Part shown: positions 12,515-25,625 of the stretch, in pieces
Position numbering within the stretch: position 1 is the first letter of the stretch
Layout of the letters: every line of letters begins with the position of its first letter
Assembly (NCBI RefSeq): GCF_006345805.1
Contig: NC_043019.1
Span: 4,711,360 to 4,775,359, forward strand
DNA length: 64,000 nt
From: Octopus sinensis
Lineage: Eukaryota
Direction of reading: 5' to 3'
Translations under genes and position numbers: made by a program
The notes under the pieces: model-generated
Database searches by the model: none
The model's input: only the letters and a program-made list of their open reading frames with translations
What the model was told of the DNA's origin: nothing

Positions 12515-12689
12515 ACTTTTTCTATTCCTCAGCGTTATACTAATACATCAGTTTGTTTTGTACACCACCTGTCTTCGTCTTTTGTTTTTTTCGTAAACTC
12601 TCCCTATATATATAATAAAAGAAATGTATGTATGTATGTATGTATGTATGTATGTATGTATGTATGTATGTATGTATGTATGTTTGTAT

Positions 12690-13243
12690 GTCAGGTCACT
12701 TTCGAGTGCTACTGGTAACATGTAACCCAGTACAACCTGTTGCATGGTCGGGTCGTCGGCGACTAAACCGGCAACCCCACCAAGCTTGCTTGGTGAGGAG
12801 GGTGTTTATTGGGCACCCTGCGGGATGAAAAACAAAACCCGTCAAAGGGTGGAGGAACTCTTGAGAGTCAACGGCCATCCAATAAATGTCTTAAGGCTGT
12901 ATCATGTGCGGGGACATAGAAATAATCGGACTGAATACCCGATCGCGCGGTTAAATCATTGGGAGTGAAGGACTCCTAGCCTTTGTTAGGGCATCCTTCT
13001 AGGAGAAGGTAACTCAGGTAACTGGGATAACTCCGACATAAAACCTGCGGCTCAGGGGTTACCGATGATGTTGACTTGTTCTTCTTTTCGGATTATGCCT
13101 GCTGTTGCTTAATGAGTGGGATTGACTCAGTGCACAGCCTTTCCTCACTTTTAAAAAAATCTTCTTGCACAGGCATTGCACGATAACAACATTGATTAAG
13201 CTTCGTGCAATAGCCATATTCGATAACGAGGGGGCAGCCACCA
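12690..13243 (+). mobile_element. ~550-bp GC-richer element embedded in (TATG)n, possibly an RTE-like LINE 5' region
   Basis: Flanked on both sides by (TATG)n (12625-12688 and 13244-13343). The GGAGAAGGTAACTC motif resembles RTE 5' UTRs (from memory). Confidence 0.35.
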
Positions 13244-13523
13244 TGTATGTATGTATGTATGTATGTAAGTATGTATGTATGTATGTATGTATGTATGTAT
13301 GTATGTATGTATGTATGTATGTATGTATGTATGTATGTATGTATGCAAGAAGTTATTATAGACAGCCGTGTGGGATCTTTTCAATCCTAGTCACAAAAAA
13401 TTAATTAAAAAAATCTGTGACTAATTGAAAATACCCAGCTCGGATCTTCAGCATGTAAGAGAACGACTTCAATGACCAACGAATAGTAGTTACTTGGAGA
13501 CGTTCACACACACACACACACAC

Positions 13524-13547
<24 letters not shown>

Positions 13548-13564
<17 letters not shown>

Positions 13565-13730
13565 TTTATACGACGGGCTTCTTTCAGTTTCTGTCTACCA
13601 ACTCCACTTACAAGTTCTTGGTCGACCCGAGCCTATAGTGAAAGGCACTTGCCCAAGGTGCCACGCCGTGGGACTGGACCCAGAATCATGTGGTTGGGAA
13701 GCAAGCTTCTCACGACACAGTCACGCCTGC
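13548..13730 (-). mobile_element. SINE family A head and body
   Basis: Reverse-complement match. Confidence 0.8.
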
Positions 13731-13834
13731 AGGATTGACCACTTAAAAGGCTGCTTCGCTGGTTTTTTAGTCACTTAGCCTTTGACCTGCTGACCTTTAG
13801 ACAACATTCTGTCCTCTAAGAAAGGTTGCTTTTG

Positions 13835-14483
13835 ATCATACACACGTGCGCGCACACACACATTCTCACACATTCACACATACTTATACACGCACATTTA
13901 CACAATACACACACATTCACACACATTTACACACACAACACATACACATTAACACACACTCACATTCATATACACACATTCTCACACACTTATACACACA
14001 TTCTCACACACTTATACACACATTCTCACACACTTATACACACACAAGTTTACACACACACATTCACCCACACTCATACACAAACATTCACACACACACA
14101 CATTCACACACACGCACGCATACACACACTCACTCTCATTCATACACACACACACACATTCTCACACATTCACACACACATACACATTCACACATACTTA
14201 TACACGCACATTCACACAATACACACACACATTCACATACATTTACACACACACACACACATACACATTCACATGCACGCACATATACACACACATTCAC
14301 ACACACTCATACACAATTCACACGCATACATTCACCCACACTCATACACACACATTCACACACAGTTACACACACACATACACATTCACACACATTCACA
14401 CACACACATTCACACACACGCACGTACACACACACACTCATACATACATTCACACACACACACACACGCACACACACACACTC
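13835..14483. repeat. Degenerate (CA)n-rich low-complexity tract
   Basis: Direct reading. Confidence 0.95.
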
Positions 14484-14782
14484 TAAATGGATGGGTTCGG
14501 TTCGATCGATTAAGTGATTTCTTTTAAATTAAACAAGGAACGTTTGACAACAAAATTTATCAATTTATTGGAAAGTCGTAAAAACCACATTTGCCGCTCG
14601 GCATAGCGAAGTGGTTAATGGCCTTCGCCAAATTTGGGTTCGACTCTTTAAGATGTGCTGCAACAACATATTGGCGATCTCCAGCTATAATTTGTTGTTG
14701 TTGCTGTTGTTGTTGTTTTGCCTGGAGGCACGTCTGGGTTGGGATTCCTGGATCAAGTTCTTATCTTGCCAGTTGACGCACA

Positions 14783-15500
14783 ATTCACCACCACCACCAC
14801 CACCACCACCATCACCACCACCACCACCACCACCATCACCACCACCATCACCACCACCACCACCACCACCACCACCACCACAACCACCGCCACCACCTAC
14901 CACCACCACCACCAGCACCTACCACAACCACCACCATCACCACCACCACCACCACCACCACCACACAACCACCACCACCACCACCACCACCACCACCACC
15001 ACCACCACCACTACAACACCACCACCACCACCACCACCACCACCACAATCACCACCACCACCACCACCACCACCACCACTACAACCACCACCACTACAAC
15101 CACCACCACCACCACCACCACCACTACAACCACCACCACTACACCACCACCACCACCACCACCACTACAACCACCACCACCACCACCACTACAACCACCA
15201 CCACCACCACAACCACCACCACCACTACAACCACCACCACCACCACCACCACCACCACCAACACTACAACCACCACCACCACAACCACCACCACCACCAC
15301 TACCACCACCACCACCATCACCACCACCACCACCACCACCACCACCACCACCACCACCACCACTACAACCACCACCACCATCACACCACCACCACCACCA
15401 CCACCACCACCACCACCACCATCACCACCACCACTACCACCACCACCACCACCACCACCACCACCACCACCACTTTCACCACCACCACCGCCTCCTCCTC
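14783..15500. repeat. (CAC)n trinucleotide array with CAT/TAC variants
   Basis: Direct reading; gives poly-P/H/T in three frames. Confidence 0.95.
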
Positions 15501-15819
15501 CTTATCCTCTACCCTCCCCCCGCCTCAATGCAGTGCAACGAAATCCCAGAAGAGATAATGTTGCTTCATTAAATTTGTTCCGCTTTTGCTGCTGCTGCTG
15601 CTGCTGCTGTTCTAGTTTTGGTTTGTTGTCGGTTATTTCCAGTTTTACCTTAAAAACCAAGAAGACTTATGATTAAAACCGTTTCCTTCACGGCCATTCC
15701 CTTTTTAGGATTTTCTACGTAGCTTATCTGCAACGAACGTTTCCGATTTTAAGATGATAGATAATCCCTTCTACCATAACCTCAAGGCCTGAAATTTGGC
15801 GGGAGGAGACTTGTCGATT

Positions 15820-16342
15820 ACATCGACTCCAGTACGCAACTGGTACTTAGTTTATCGACACCAAAAGGATGAAAGGCAAAGTCGACCTCGTTGGAATTTG
15901 AACTCAGAACGTAACGACAGACGAAATACCTATTTCTTTACTACCCACAAGGGGCTAAACACAGAGGACAAACAAGGACAGATAAACGGATTAAGTTGAT
16001 TATATCGACCCCAGTGCGTAACTGGTACTTAATTTATCGACCCCGAAAGGATGAAAGGCAAAGTTGACCTCGGCGGAATTTGAACTCAGAACGTAAAGAC
16101 AGACGAAATACCTATTTCTTTACTACCCACAAGGGGCTAAACACAGAGAGGGCAAACAAGGACAGACAAACGGATTAAGTCGATTAGATCGACCCCAGTA
16201 CGCAACTAAAACTTAATTTTTCAACCCCGAAAGGATGAAAGGCAAAGTCGATCGGCGGAATTTGAACTCAGAACGTAAAGACAGACGAAAGACCGCTAAG
16301 CATTTCGCCCGACGTGCTAACGATTCTGCCAGTTTGCTGCCT
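15820..16342 (-). mobile_element. SINE family B trimer
   Basis: Three ~185-bp units joined at AAGAAATA/GGTATTTCG. Confidence 0.9.
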
Positions 16343-16506
16343 TAAAGATGATAAACAACTTAAGTGACTATTTTTTAAGGCTCTCTCATTGGCTCGTTGT
16401 ATTATTGATAAGCCCCAGCTCAATCTCAGTAAAACGAAACGATGATCAATGGCGTTCAAGCCGTAACCATCCTCCCCTTTTTGGTTTCATACGTCGTGTA
16501 TCTCAC

Positions 16507-16760
16507 TACTATATTATGTAAATTTTTGGCAGCGAGCTGGCAGAATCGTTAGCACGCCGGGCGAAATGCATAGCCGTATTTCGTCTGCCGTTACGTTCTG
16601 AGTTCAAATTCCGCCGAGGTCGACTTTGCCTTTCATCCTTTCGAGGTCGATAAATTAACTACCAGTTTTGCACTGAGGTCGATGTAATCGACTTGATCCA
16701 TTTGTCTGTCATTGTTTGTCCCCTCTATGTTTAGCCCCTTGTGGGCAATAAAGAAATATA
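16507..16760 (+). mobile_element. SINE family B monomer
   Basis: Full head GCGAGCTGGCAGAATCGTTAGC through tail AAAGAAATA. Confidence 0.9.
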
Positions 16761-18059
16761 TATTATGTAAATTTGTTCTTCCTTTTTAAAACGAATGTTA
16801 TTTGTGGGAGATTTGGATGACAACTCAGAACGAACGACCAGGTAAAGGCTCTCGCGTTGGCTCGCAACTTGAATTTCAACTAGTGGCTCTTAACCATTTC
16901 TTCTTCGTAGTATCTCCCTTCCCGCTCTTTTTAAGCAGTTGTTATTCCTAGCGCTCACCTGAGTGGTGACTGAGGTATGACGGCTAAACTGGTTTAACAT
17001 GGATGATAATTTATAAATTTTACTCTAAAAATAGATTGTATAAGCATTCTTCGCTGCCGTCGGGTGGATCGAGTTCCCCACCGCCAATCTCCGACTTTGC
17101 CTGTCTCTGCGGCCCCTTCCATCTGTCCTTCCGCAACGGCGCTTGCGGTTGTTTGGCCATGCATGTAGGCGTCCGGTGGGTGAACTGAGCTGTGATGTCC
17201 TTCCCCCAACTCCACTTCCCCAACTGGCGGAAACGCGCGGGCGGGCAGCTGAAGTAACAGTTCAACAGAACTTCTCTCTCGGTGGAACAATAGTTTTTCT
17301 GTGCCAGCAGCTTTACATATGCCAGATGCCTTTAGCTAGGCCGAAATAATGACTTCACCACTTGACCCTTCTAACCTCTTCTAAGCCACCAAAAGGTAGA
17401 ATTAAGATTACAAGTATCACCAACGAAATCTATTGTTCTCAACGATATGTCTATCCTTCTGGATAGTTATAAAAACAAGAACCTCCAAGCAAAAATCAGT
17501 TAATCAGAAAATTTTGCACGACTCTCGATTTTACTATACCATTCGATTTCATATTTCCGATTTCATATTCCGATTTCCATTAAGTCATAACTCCCAAACC
17601 TAAATGTTTTGTATTGTCTTGTATTGTCCCCTCTCTGTATGTCATTCACTGACAAGTAAAGAAATAAGTTAGTCACTTGATGGCTAGGAGTGGTGTTCAT
17701 TGTACAAAGGTGTGTCAAAAATTCTTGTAATCTGTTTGAAAAATGTTTTTATCATTGTTTGTGGTTTCCTGTAAAGGTAACATTGATAACTTGTTAGACG
17801 TAAGTCTTCTTTGAAATCGTTACCGTCGCCGACGGGGGAAGGAAATAACAATATTGTATTCAGACTATGTTCCATTTTGAAACGTGCTTGAAATTTTTTG
17901 TTAAAACTCTTTGTTTGGACTGTGTTCCATTTCGGAAGGTGCTTGCATTGAATTTTGATTTTGTTTGTAAAAAAATCTTTGTGTTTGGACTGTGTTCCAT
18001 TTTGGAACGTGTTTGTATTGAATTTTTGTTAAAATTCGTTCGTGGAAAAAAAGAAACAA

Positions 18060-18600
18060 CAAAAATAAATTTTGCCTCAGTCGTAGGAGGAGGAACCGGG
18101 ATTATAGAATATAAAAAAGAAGTTCAGGCCCTAAAAAACATGATTAGTGAAAAAAAAAAAAAAAAACGGGGAAAGCAGAATTACTCCGCCAAGTGAAATA
18201 TTGAATCGCTCTAAGGAATATACAATTGCGTAGAAAACCTAAAATGCGGAGACTAAGCTTTTTGAGCAGTTCGAGGCGAGCACGATTGAAAGTGTTCTCA
18301 GCCCAATTATGGGGCAAATAAAATATTTGAACCGTAGCATTAGATTTGCAACAGTTGAAGCAAGATTTGAAAGAGGGAAAGAGCTAAAGAACTGTCAACA
18401 CGAACCTTACAAAATGGGAAAATTATGATGTTGCCTTTGTATCTTGGACGAAGGACGTCCCGGATCAAAATCAAAAGCATAACCCGAAGTGGATGTTAAT
18501 TGGATAATAGCTACGCTTATGTATGGAAGGGAAGACAAGCTGGATATAATTCAGATAACTAGAGAGGCACAGATTAACTGGCGAGGACAAACATTAGAGG
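18060..18600 (+). pseudogene. Frameshifted protein-like remnant, possibly a LINE ORF1
   Basis: Hand translation across two frameshifts: FEASTIESVLSPIMGQIKYLNRSIRFATVEARFE / ELSTRTLQNGKIMMLPLYLGRRTSRIKIKSI / PEVDVNWIIATLMYGREDKLDIIQITREAQINWRGQTLE. The family call is inference. Confidence 0.4.
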
Positions 18601-18712
18601 TCCTAGCATTCGATTTCATTTTCCGATTTCATATTCCGATTTCCATTAAGTCATAACTCCCAAATCTAAATGTTTTGTATTGTCCCCTATCTGTGTGTCA
18701 TTCATTGACAAA

Positions 18713-19015
18713 TCTTTATATATAAAATTGAAGTTGTGTGTGTGAGACTCTGTCTCCGATTTAGATTCGTAACTACTCCCAAATTTTGCGGTGCAGTTTA
18801 ACCAAAAGCGGGTATCTTATAGTCGTTATTCATATCGAGCCCTTCTGGGTATTAGCGCGCGTCTACGATGAGTCTACGATTTAAAAAAAATTTACCATAA
18901 TTTTTCCGCATTTTTAATGATTTTTGCTCGGGTTACATAAGGGAAGTAACTCTCTAAAAATGCTTATATAGTTATTTCCCTTACAAACCCGAGCAACGCC
19001 GAGCGATACTGCTAG
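18713..19015 (+). mobile_element. Non-autonomous Helitron
   Basis: 5' TC and 3' CTAG ends, inserted between A and T, subterminal CCCGAGCAACGCCGAG hairpin-like motif; an empty-site paralogue lies at about 17655. Confidence 0.85.
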
Positions 19016-19502
19016 TAAAGAAATAAGTTAGTCACTCGGTGACAACTCAGTTAGTGAGAACGCAGTCTGGCTGACCGGCTGAACAAGCGCTGTCTCAAAA
19101 GAAAAGGGCACAAAGCGAACACCTATGGTATCTCGCTAACGAAGCAATTGTTTCGTCCCACAGTCTCTCACTTTAACTAACTCACACTCTCTTCTCTGCA
19201 CATTACCATATCTCTCTCTATGGTTTACAACTACTATAACAACATACTACTACAATAAGAACAGACAAGCCGAAATTATCTTTTTCACTTAGCATGCTTT
19301 ACAATTCTATCACCTGCCCGTCGAAGCAAGGTATATTCAATGTAACGGTAAATAGATATTTCCTTAAAACTTCATGCATTGTTCATCTTTCATATCTTAT
19401 AACATGCCGTTGCAATAAATATCAACCCCAACAAAAATATACTGTTTCCTCATGTAACTACTTCTCTTATATATAAATTGCTTCCTCATATATATATATA
19501 TA

Positions 19503-19802
19503 TCTTTATATATAAAACTGAAGTTGTGTGAGAGTCTGTCTCCTCCGATTTAGATTCTTAACTACTCCCACATTTTGCGGTGCAGTTTAATCAAAAGCGG
19601 GTATCTTATAGTCGTGATTCATATCGAGCCCTTCTGGGTATTAGCGCGCGTCAACGATGAGTCTACGATTAAAAAAAAAATTACCATCATTTTTTCGGAT
19701 TTTTAATGCATTTTTTGCTCGGTTTATATAATGGAAGTAACTCTCTAAAAATGCTTATATAGTTATTTCCCTTACAAACCCGAGCAACGCCGGGCGATAC
19801 TG
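19503..19802 (+). mobile_element. Non-autonomous Helitron, second copy lacking the terminal CTAG
   Basis: Highly similar to 18713-19015. Confidence 0.8.
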
Positions 19803-19891
19803 ACCTCCCTGCTTCCATCTCCTGAGCGCCTATTAATAATAATACTGTAATTGTTCCTGTTGTTGTTGTTTTTTTGTTTCCCTTTTGGATT

Positions 19892-19923
<32 letters not shown>

Positions 19924-20424
19924 CGTATACTTACTAATAAGATTCATTCCCCACAGTTCACTTACGTTAACCTGATCTCTGCCTATACCAGGATGAAGAA
20001 CCATCTTAAAGCAAATAGTTAATAACTTTTGACTGTATGAGGTTAAGTAGTCACTGACCCCAGGCCATTTCTACGAAGCGAACGGAACAGCTAATTACCC
20101 GCCGACACGGTCGTTCGACCTACAGAATTGTAGAGGAATCATCCTTAAAAGGTGCCAATCCACCATCTTGAATGGAGAGTGATACATAAGAAAATGTAGT
20201 CCTTAATATACAAATACAAATATAAAGCCTTTAATGACAAGCCGGCTCCCTCAAAGCTGGTACGGGTCGATACGACAGCCATTTGCATTGATCAGAATTG
20301 TTATCAACCGGAATGATTTGCAAGTGTAACATCCCATGATGAAATATGTTTTAGGACTACTTAAAAAGCAAAATGCTTTCCTACCAGTTCTTAGTCTTAC
20401 TGAGTCTGTTTGTTTGATTGTTTG

Positions 20425-20785
20425 TTGAGCGAAGCGGTCTTCGTCCCGTCTGTAGTGGGAGAAGTCCGAAACGTGGTCCTTTGCTATTCGTAAGACCCGC
20501 AGAAGAGAAAGCAGGTCAACCCCCGACACCGAGAGCATCGACGGATGAGCGCATCCAGGCTCAGCGGTTGCGTAGGAAGTCGGGGACAAGAAACAGGAGG
20601 AAAGAGTGAGAGAAAGTTGTGGTGAAAGAGTACAACAGGGGTCGCCACCACCCCCTGCCGGAGCCTCGTGGAGCTGTAGGTGTTTTCGCTCAACAAACAC
20701 ACACAACGCCCGGTCTGGGAATCGAAACCTCGATCCTCCGACCGCGAGTCCGCTGCCCTAACCACCGGGCCATTGCCCCTCCACT
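20425..20785 (-). mobile_element. SINE family C with tail type 2
   Basis: Head at about 20710-20785; tail shared with 31705-32066. Confidence 0.9.
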
Positions 20786-20917
20786 ACTGTGTCTGTTACT
20801 GCCGCTGGATCCTATAATGATCTGTCTTATATGACAATGAAATGTGACACAGTGGTAAACTTGCAGCATGAATTACCACCCATCTAAGCTGATTAATATA
20901 GTGGGCTAATGTAAAGT

Positions 20918-21680
20918 GGCGAGCTGGCAGAATCGTTAGCACGCCGGGCGAAATGCTTAGCCGTATTTCGTCTGTCGTTACGTTGTGAGTTCAAATTCCG
21001 CCGAGGTCGACTTTGCCTTTCATCCTTTCGGGGTCGATAAATTAAGTACCAGTTACGCACTGGGGTTGATGTAATCGACTTAATACATATGTCTGTCCTT
21101 GTTTGTCCCCTCTGTGTTTAGCCCCTTGTGGGTAGTAAAGAAATAGGTATTTCGTCTGCCACTGCCGAGGTCGACTTTGCCTCTCATCCTTTCGGGGTCG
21201 ATTAATTAAGTACCAGTTACGCACTGGGGTCCATGTAATCGACTTAATCCGTTTTTCTGTCCTTGTTTGTCCTCTCTGTGTTTAGTCTCTTGTGGGTAGT
21301 ATAGAAATAGGTATTTCGTCTGTCTTTACTTTCTGAGTTCAAATTCCGCCGAGGTCGACTTTGCCTTTCATCCTTTCGGGATAGATAAATTAAGTACCAG
21401 TTACGCACTGGGGTCGATGTAATCGACTTAATACCTATGTCTGTCCTTGTTTGTCCCCTCTATGTTTAGCCCTTTGTGGGTAATAAAGAAATAGGTATTT
21501 CGTCTGCCGCTACGTTCTGAGTTCAAATTCCGCCGAGGTCGACTTTGCCTTTCATCCTTTCGGGGTCGATTAAATAAGTACCAGTTACGCACTGGGGTCG
21601 ATGTAATCGACTTATTCCGTTTGTCTGTCCTTGTTTGTCCTCTCTGTGTTTAACCCCTTGTGGGTAGTAAAGAAATAGGT
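20918..21680 (+). mobile_element. SINE family B tetramer
   Basis: One full head followed by three head-truncated units. Confidence 0.9.
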
Positions 21681-22251
21681 TGTTTTATGAATTACAAAAA
21701 GGGTGGGGGGGAAGAAACTGAATACAATCCTTTTATTGCCGACGAAATTGTTGTCAAACATGAGAAGCATTAGACGAAGGAGCGGAGCTGAATAGAGGCG
21801 TGTGTGTATGTGTGTTATTTTCGAAAGACATCTTAATAGCTTGCTAGATAGTCGCCTTTGTCCTACTTAATGAAAAGGTGTTGTGCAAAAAAACGTAGAT
21901 AGACAAAGAGAAAAATCGACGGACAAAAGCCAAACAGACAGACAGACAGATAGATAAAGAAATACGGAGGTGTTTGTATGTATGAGATAGCAGGAGATAA
22001 AGAATGCCATGCGTGTATGTGAGAGCGAGAGAGGAAGAACATTCAACTAAGTGTGAAGGACGAAGAGTGCACATGTCCGTTTGTACCTGTTTGCGCATGA
22101 GCGCGCATGCGGTCTTACAAAACACGAAAACGCACTGTTTTTGTCAAATGTGCCTTCTTCAGTTGTGATTCATAGTGGGATGTTTTTTGCTGCAGATGGA
22201 AAACTCTGAGTCAGACATTAAAAGTGTGATAGACCCATCTTTTTCGGTTTA

Positions 22252-23103
22252 TCGTAAATCCTCGTATATAACCCGCCCTTGAGTATAATACGCAGGGGAT
22301 TTTTAGGAGGATGTACCTTTGAAAAAAACTAAGGATCTTTTCGGTTTGACCGGCAGTTTTTTAAAATAATTTCCACGTAACTAAACACTTTTAAACTTCA
22401 TATACTGGTAGAATGTGTTTATAAAACATCTTTTTCTCTTGGCTTTATTGAGAAAATTCTATAGTTTGTGAGATATTTGTTGTTGTTTTTCTTTAATTTC
22501 TGCAATTTCAACCAATCAAATACGTCTATTGAGGTAAAAAACATTCTGTGCCGTATGAATATGTCCCTCGTTTAAGAAACAGATTGGGTTTATTTACATT
22601 TGTGAAGAACAAAAGATACCTCCCCCCCCCCACCCTTAACCATAACCCTAACCCTAACCCTAACACTAACCCTAACCCTAACTAACCCTAACCCTAAAAC
22701 AGATTGAAATGCAATAGATCGATACTAGGGTCATAATTAGGGGTGACAATTTCATATGACACCGTTAGAAAAAACTGCCGTTCAAACCGAAAAGATCCAA
22801 AACTAAACCTTGTGTATAATACGCACTCCTTCTCTAACATGAGCCAAGAGGGCCTATATAAAGTCCTTGGTTTGTAAAAATGTTTATGGTAACGTCCTTT
22901 ATTATTCTTGTATATATAAGATAATGCAAAGGTGTAGCTTTTTTTGTGCATTTTGTTTGCAGAAAATTAAGAAATAACAGTAATAACTTGCTTATTGCTT
23001 ATTGCAAGTTATGGATGATTCTTTTATGACTTCATTGCTTTCAGGCTTAGCTTAAGGGATTTTCGCGCCCGACATCACAAAATGCATCTGAATAAAAATT
23101 GCT
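22252..23103 (+). mobile_element. Tc2/pogo-type MITE, 3'-truncated and interrupted by a Merlin-like MITE
   Basis: Paralogous to 23139-23653. Confidence 0.8.
22333..22798 (+). mobile_element. Merlin-like MITE with an internal (TAACCC)n tract
   Basis: ~29-bp TIR GGATCTTTTCGGTTTGA-CGGCAGTTTTT; 8-bp TSD AAAACTAA; telomeric repeats at 22636-22696. The superfamily call rests on GG termini plus an 8-bp TSD. Confidence 0.8.
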
Positions 23104-23138
23104 GGATATTGGATGAACTTATCCGTAGAAATAAAGTA

Positions 23139-23653
23139 CCGTAAATCCTCGAGTATAGTCCATCCTTGAGTATAATACGCAGGGGTTTTTAGGGGGCTGT
23201 AGCTCTAAAAAAAAACTAAACCTTGTGTACAATACGCACCCCTTCTCTAACTTGAGCCAAGGGGGTCTATATAATGTCCTTGGTTTGTAAAACTGTATAC
23301 GGTAACATCCTTTATTATTCTTGTACATATAAGATAATGCAAACGTGTAGCTTTTTTTGTGCATTTTGTTTGCAGAAAATAAAGAAATAACAGTAATAAC
23401 GTTTAATAAATGTTGTTTATTGCAAGTTATGGATGATTCTTTTATGACTTCATTACTTTCAGGCTTAGCTTAAGGTATTTTCGCCCCCGACATCACAAAA
23501 TGCGTTTGAATAAAAATTGCTGTACAGCAAATACAGACTTGGACATTGCTTAGAAAATATTTTTTATTTTTAACCTCGTGTATAATACGTACTAGGGAAT
23601 TTGACCTTTAAATTTTGGGAAAAAAAATGCGGATTATACTCGAGGATTTACGG
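23139..23653 (+). mobile_element. Tc2/pogo-type MITE, complete
   Basis: TIR CCGTAAATCCTCGAGTATA at both ends; TA TSD. Confidence 0.85.
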
Positions 23654-23789
23654 TATCTAGGACTACATTTGACGAAGGCCTTCTTGTAATATGTATTAAT
23701 AATTTGAGGGAAGCTTTCCTGCTATTTACAGCTAGATCGAACACACCTATGATTAAAGACTTTCTTAGATAATCGCTAGATTCTCGAAG

Positions 23790-25625
23790 GCGGCGAGCTG
23801 GCAGAACCGTTAGCGCGCCGGGCGAAATGCGTAGCCGTATTTCGTCTGCCGTTACGTTCTGAGTTCAATTCCGCCGAGGTCGACTTTGCCTTTCATCCTT
23901 TCTTGGTCGATTAAATAAGTACCAGTTACGCACTGGGGTCGATATAATCGACTTAATCCGTTTGTCTGTCCTTGTTTGTCCGCTCTGTGTTTAGCCCCTT
24001 GTGGGTAGTAAAGAAATAAGTATTTCGTCTGCCGCTACGTTCTGAGTTCAAATTCCGCCGAGGTCGACTTTGCCTTTCATCCTTTCGGGGTCGATTAAAT
24101 AAGTACCTGTTACGCACTGGGGTCGATATAATCGACTTAATCCGTTTGTCTGTCCTTGTTTGTCCTCTCTGTGTTTAGCCCCTTGTGGGTAGTAAAGAAA
24201 CAGATAATTCTAGATTCTAGAACTATGACATCTAGTTGGTCATTCACATATTTAAGATGGTGTAGCGTGGTTATGATGAAAAACATGCCAGTTGATATAC
24301 GTCATACATTGCTACGTTATTACAAGGCATTCATGCAATACAGCCAGTCAATCTTATATGAATATCGTGTTTTACAGGTGACGGGCATCTTCAATAGATT
24401 TCGATAATTGGGATGATTTTTCACATCGATACACATTCACGTGAACATGTTAATTCTTCGTCTATTTCGGGTTGAGTATAGAGCTGTGAAACAACTATTA
24501 GAAGATAAGGCAGAACCGTTAGCACGCCGGGCGAAATGCGTAGCCGTATTTCGTCTGCCGTTACGTTCTGAGTTCAAATTCCGCCGAGGTCGACTTTGCC
24601 TTTCATCCTTTCGGGGTCGATAAATAAGTACCTGTTACGCACTGGGGTCGATATAATCGACTTAATCCGTTTGTCTGTCCTTGTTTGTCCTCTCTGTGTT
24701 TAGCCCCTTGTGGGTAGTAAAGAAACAGATAATTCTAGATTCTAGAACTATGACATCTAGTTGGTCATTCACATATTTAAGATGGTGTAGCGTGGTTATG
24801 ATGAAAAACATGCCAGTTGATATACGTCATACATTGCTACGTTATTACAAGGCATTCATGCAATACAGCCAGTCAATCTTATATGAATATCGTGTTTTAC
24901 AGGTGACGGGCATCTTCAATAGATTTCGATAATTGGGATGATTTTTCACATCGATACACATTCACGTGAACATGTTAATTCTTCGTCTATTTCCGGGTTG
25001 AGTATAGAGCTGTGAAACAACTATTAGAAGATAAGGCAGAACCGTTAGCACGCCGGGCGAAATGCGTAGCCGTATTTCGTCTGCCGTTACGTTCTGAGTT
25101 CAAATTCCGCCGAGGTCGACTTTGCCTTTCATCCTTTCGGGGTCGATAAATTAAGTACCAGTTTCGCAATGGGGTCGATGTAATCGACTTAATCCCTTTG
25201 TCTGTCCTTGTTTGTCCCCTCTGTGTGTAGCCCCTTGTGGGCAGTAAAGAAAGAGGTATTTCGTCTGCCGTTACGTTCTGAGTTCAAATTCCGCCGAGGT
25301 CGACTTTGCCTTTCATCCTTTCGGGGTCGATAAATTAAGTACCAGTTTCGCAATGGGGTCGATGTAATCGACTTAATCCCTTTGTCTGTCCTTGTTTGTC
25401 CCCTCTGTGTGTAGCCCCTTGTGGGCAGTAAAGAAAGAGGTATTTCGCCTGTCGTTACGTTCTGAGTTCAAATTCCGCCGAGGTCGACTTTGCCTTTCAT
25501 CATTTCGGAGTCGATAAATTAAGTACCAGTTTCGCACTGGGGTCGATATAATCGACTTAATCCGTGTGTCTCTCCTTGTTTGTCCCCTCTGTGTGTAGCC
25601 CCTTGTGGGCAGTAAAGAAATAAGA
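23790..25625 (+). mobile_element. SINE B array with a 525-bp tandem duplication of SINE plus unique DNA
   Basis: Identical ORFs at 24156 and 24681 are offset by 525 bp; trimer at 25036-25625. Confidence 0.9.

Noticed and set aside
12690-12860. HDV-like ribozyme expected in an RTE-type 5' region
   Set aside because: Several hairpins are present but I could not fit the nested double-pseudoknot order by eye; a descriptor search would be needed.
13826-14527. HTHT-repeat ORFs (also 45165-45964 and many YIYI ORFs)
   Set aside because: Dinucleotide microsatellite artefacts.
14611-15572. 315-aa and 284-aa Pro/His/Thr-rich ORFs
   Set aside because: They are translations of a (CAC)n array open in all frames, with no unique domain or splice evidence.
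20455-20490. GTCCGAAACGTGGTC on the strand opposite SINE C tail type 2 (also about 31730-31765)
   Set aside because: It has a 3' half only; neither copy has CUGANGA.
20918-21680. CRISPR-like repeated array
   Set aside because: The units are ~185-bp SINE bodies with no unique spacers and no cas genes, in a eukaryotic context.
22636-22696. Telomere or chromosome-fusion site
   Set aside because: The repeats lie inside a TIR element with a TSD and recur in its other copies.
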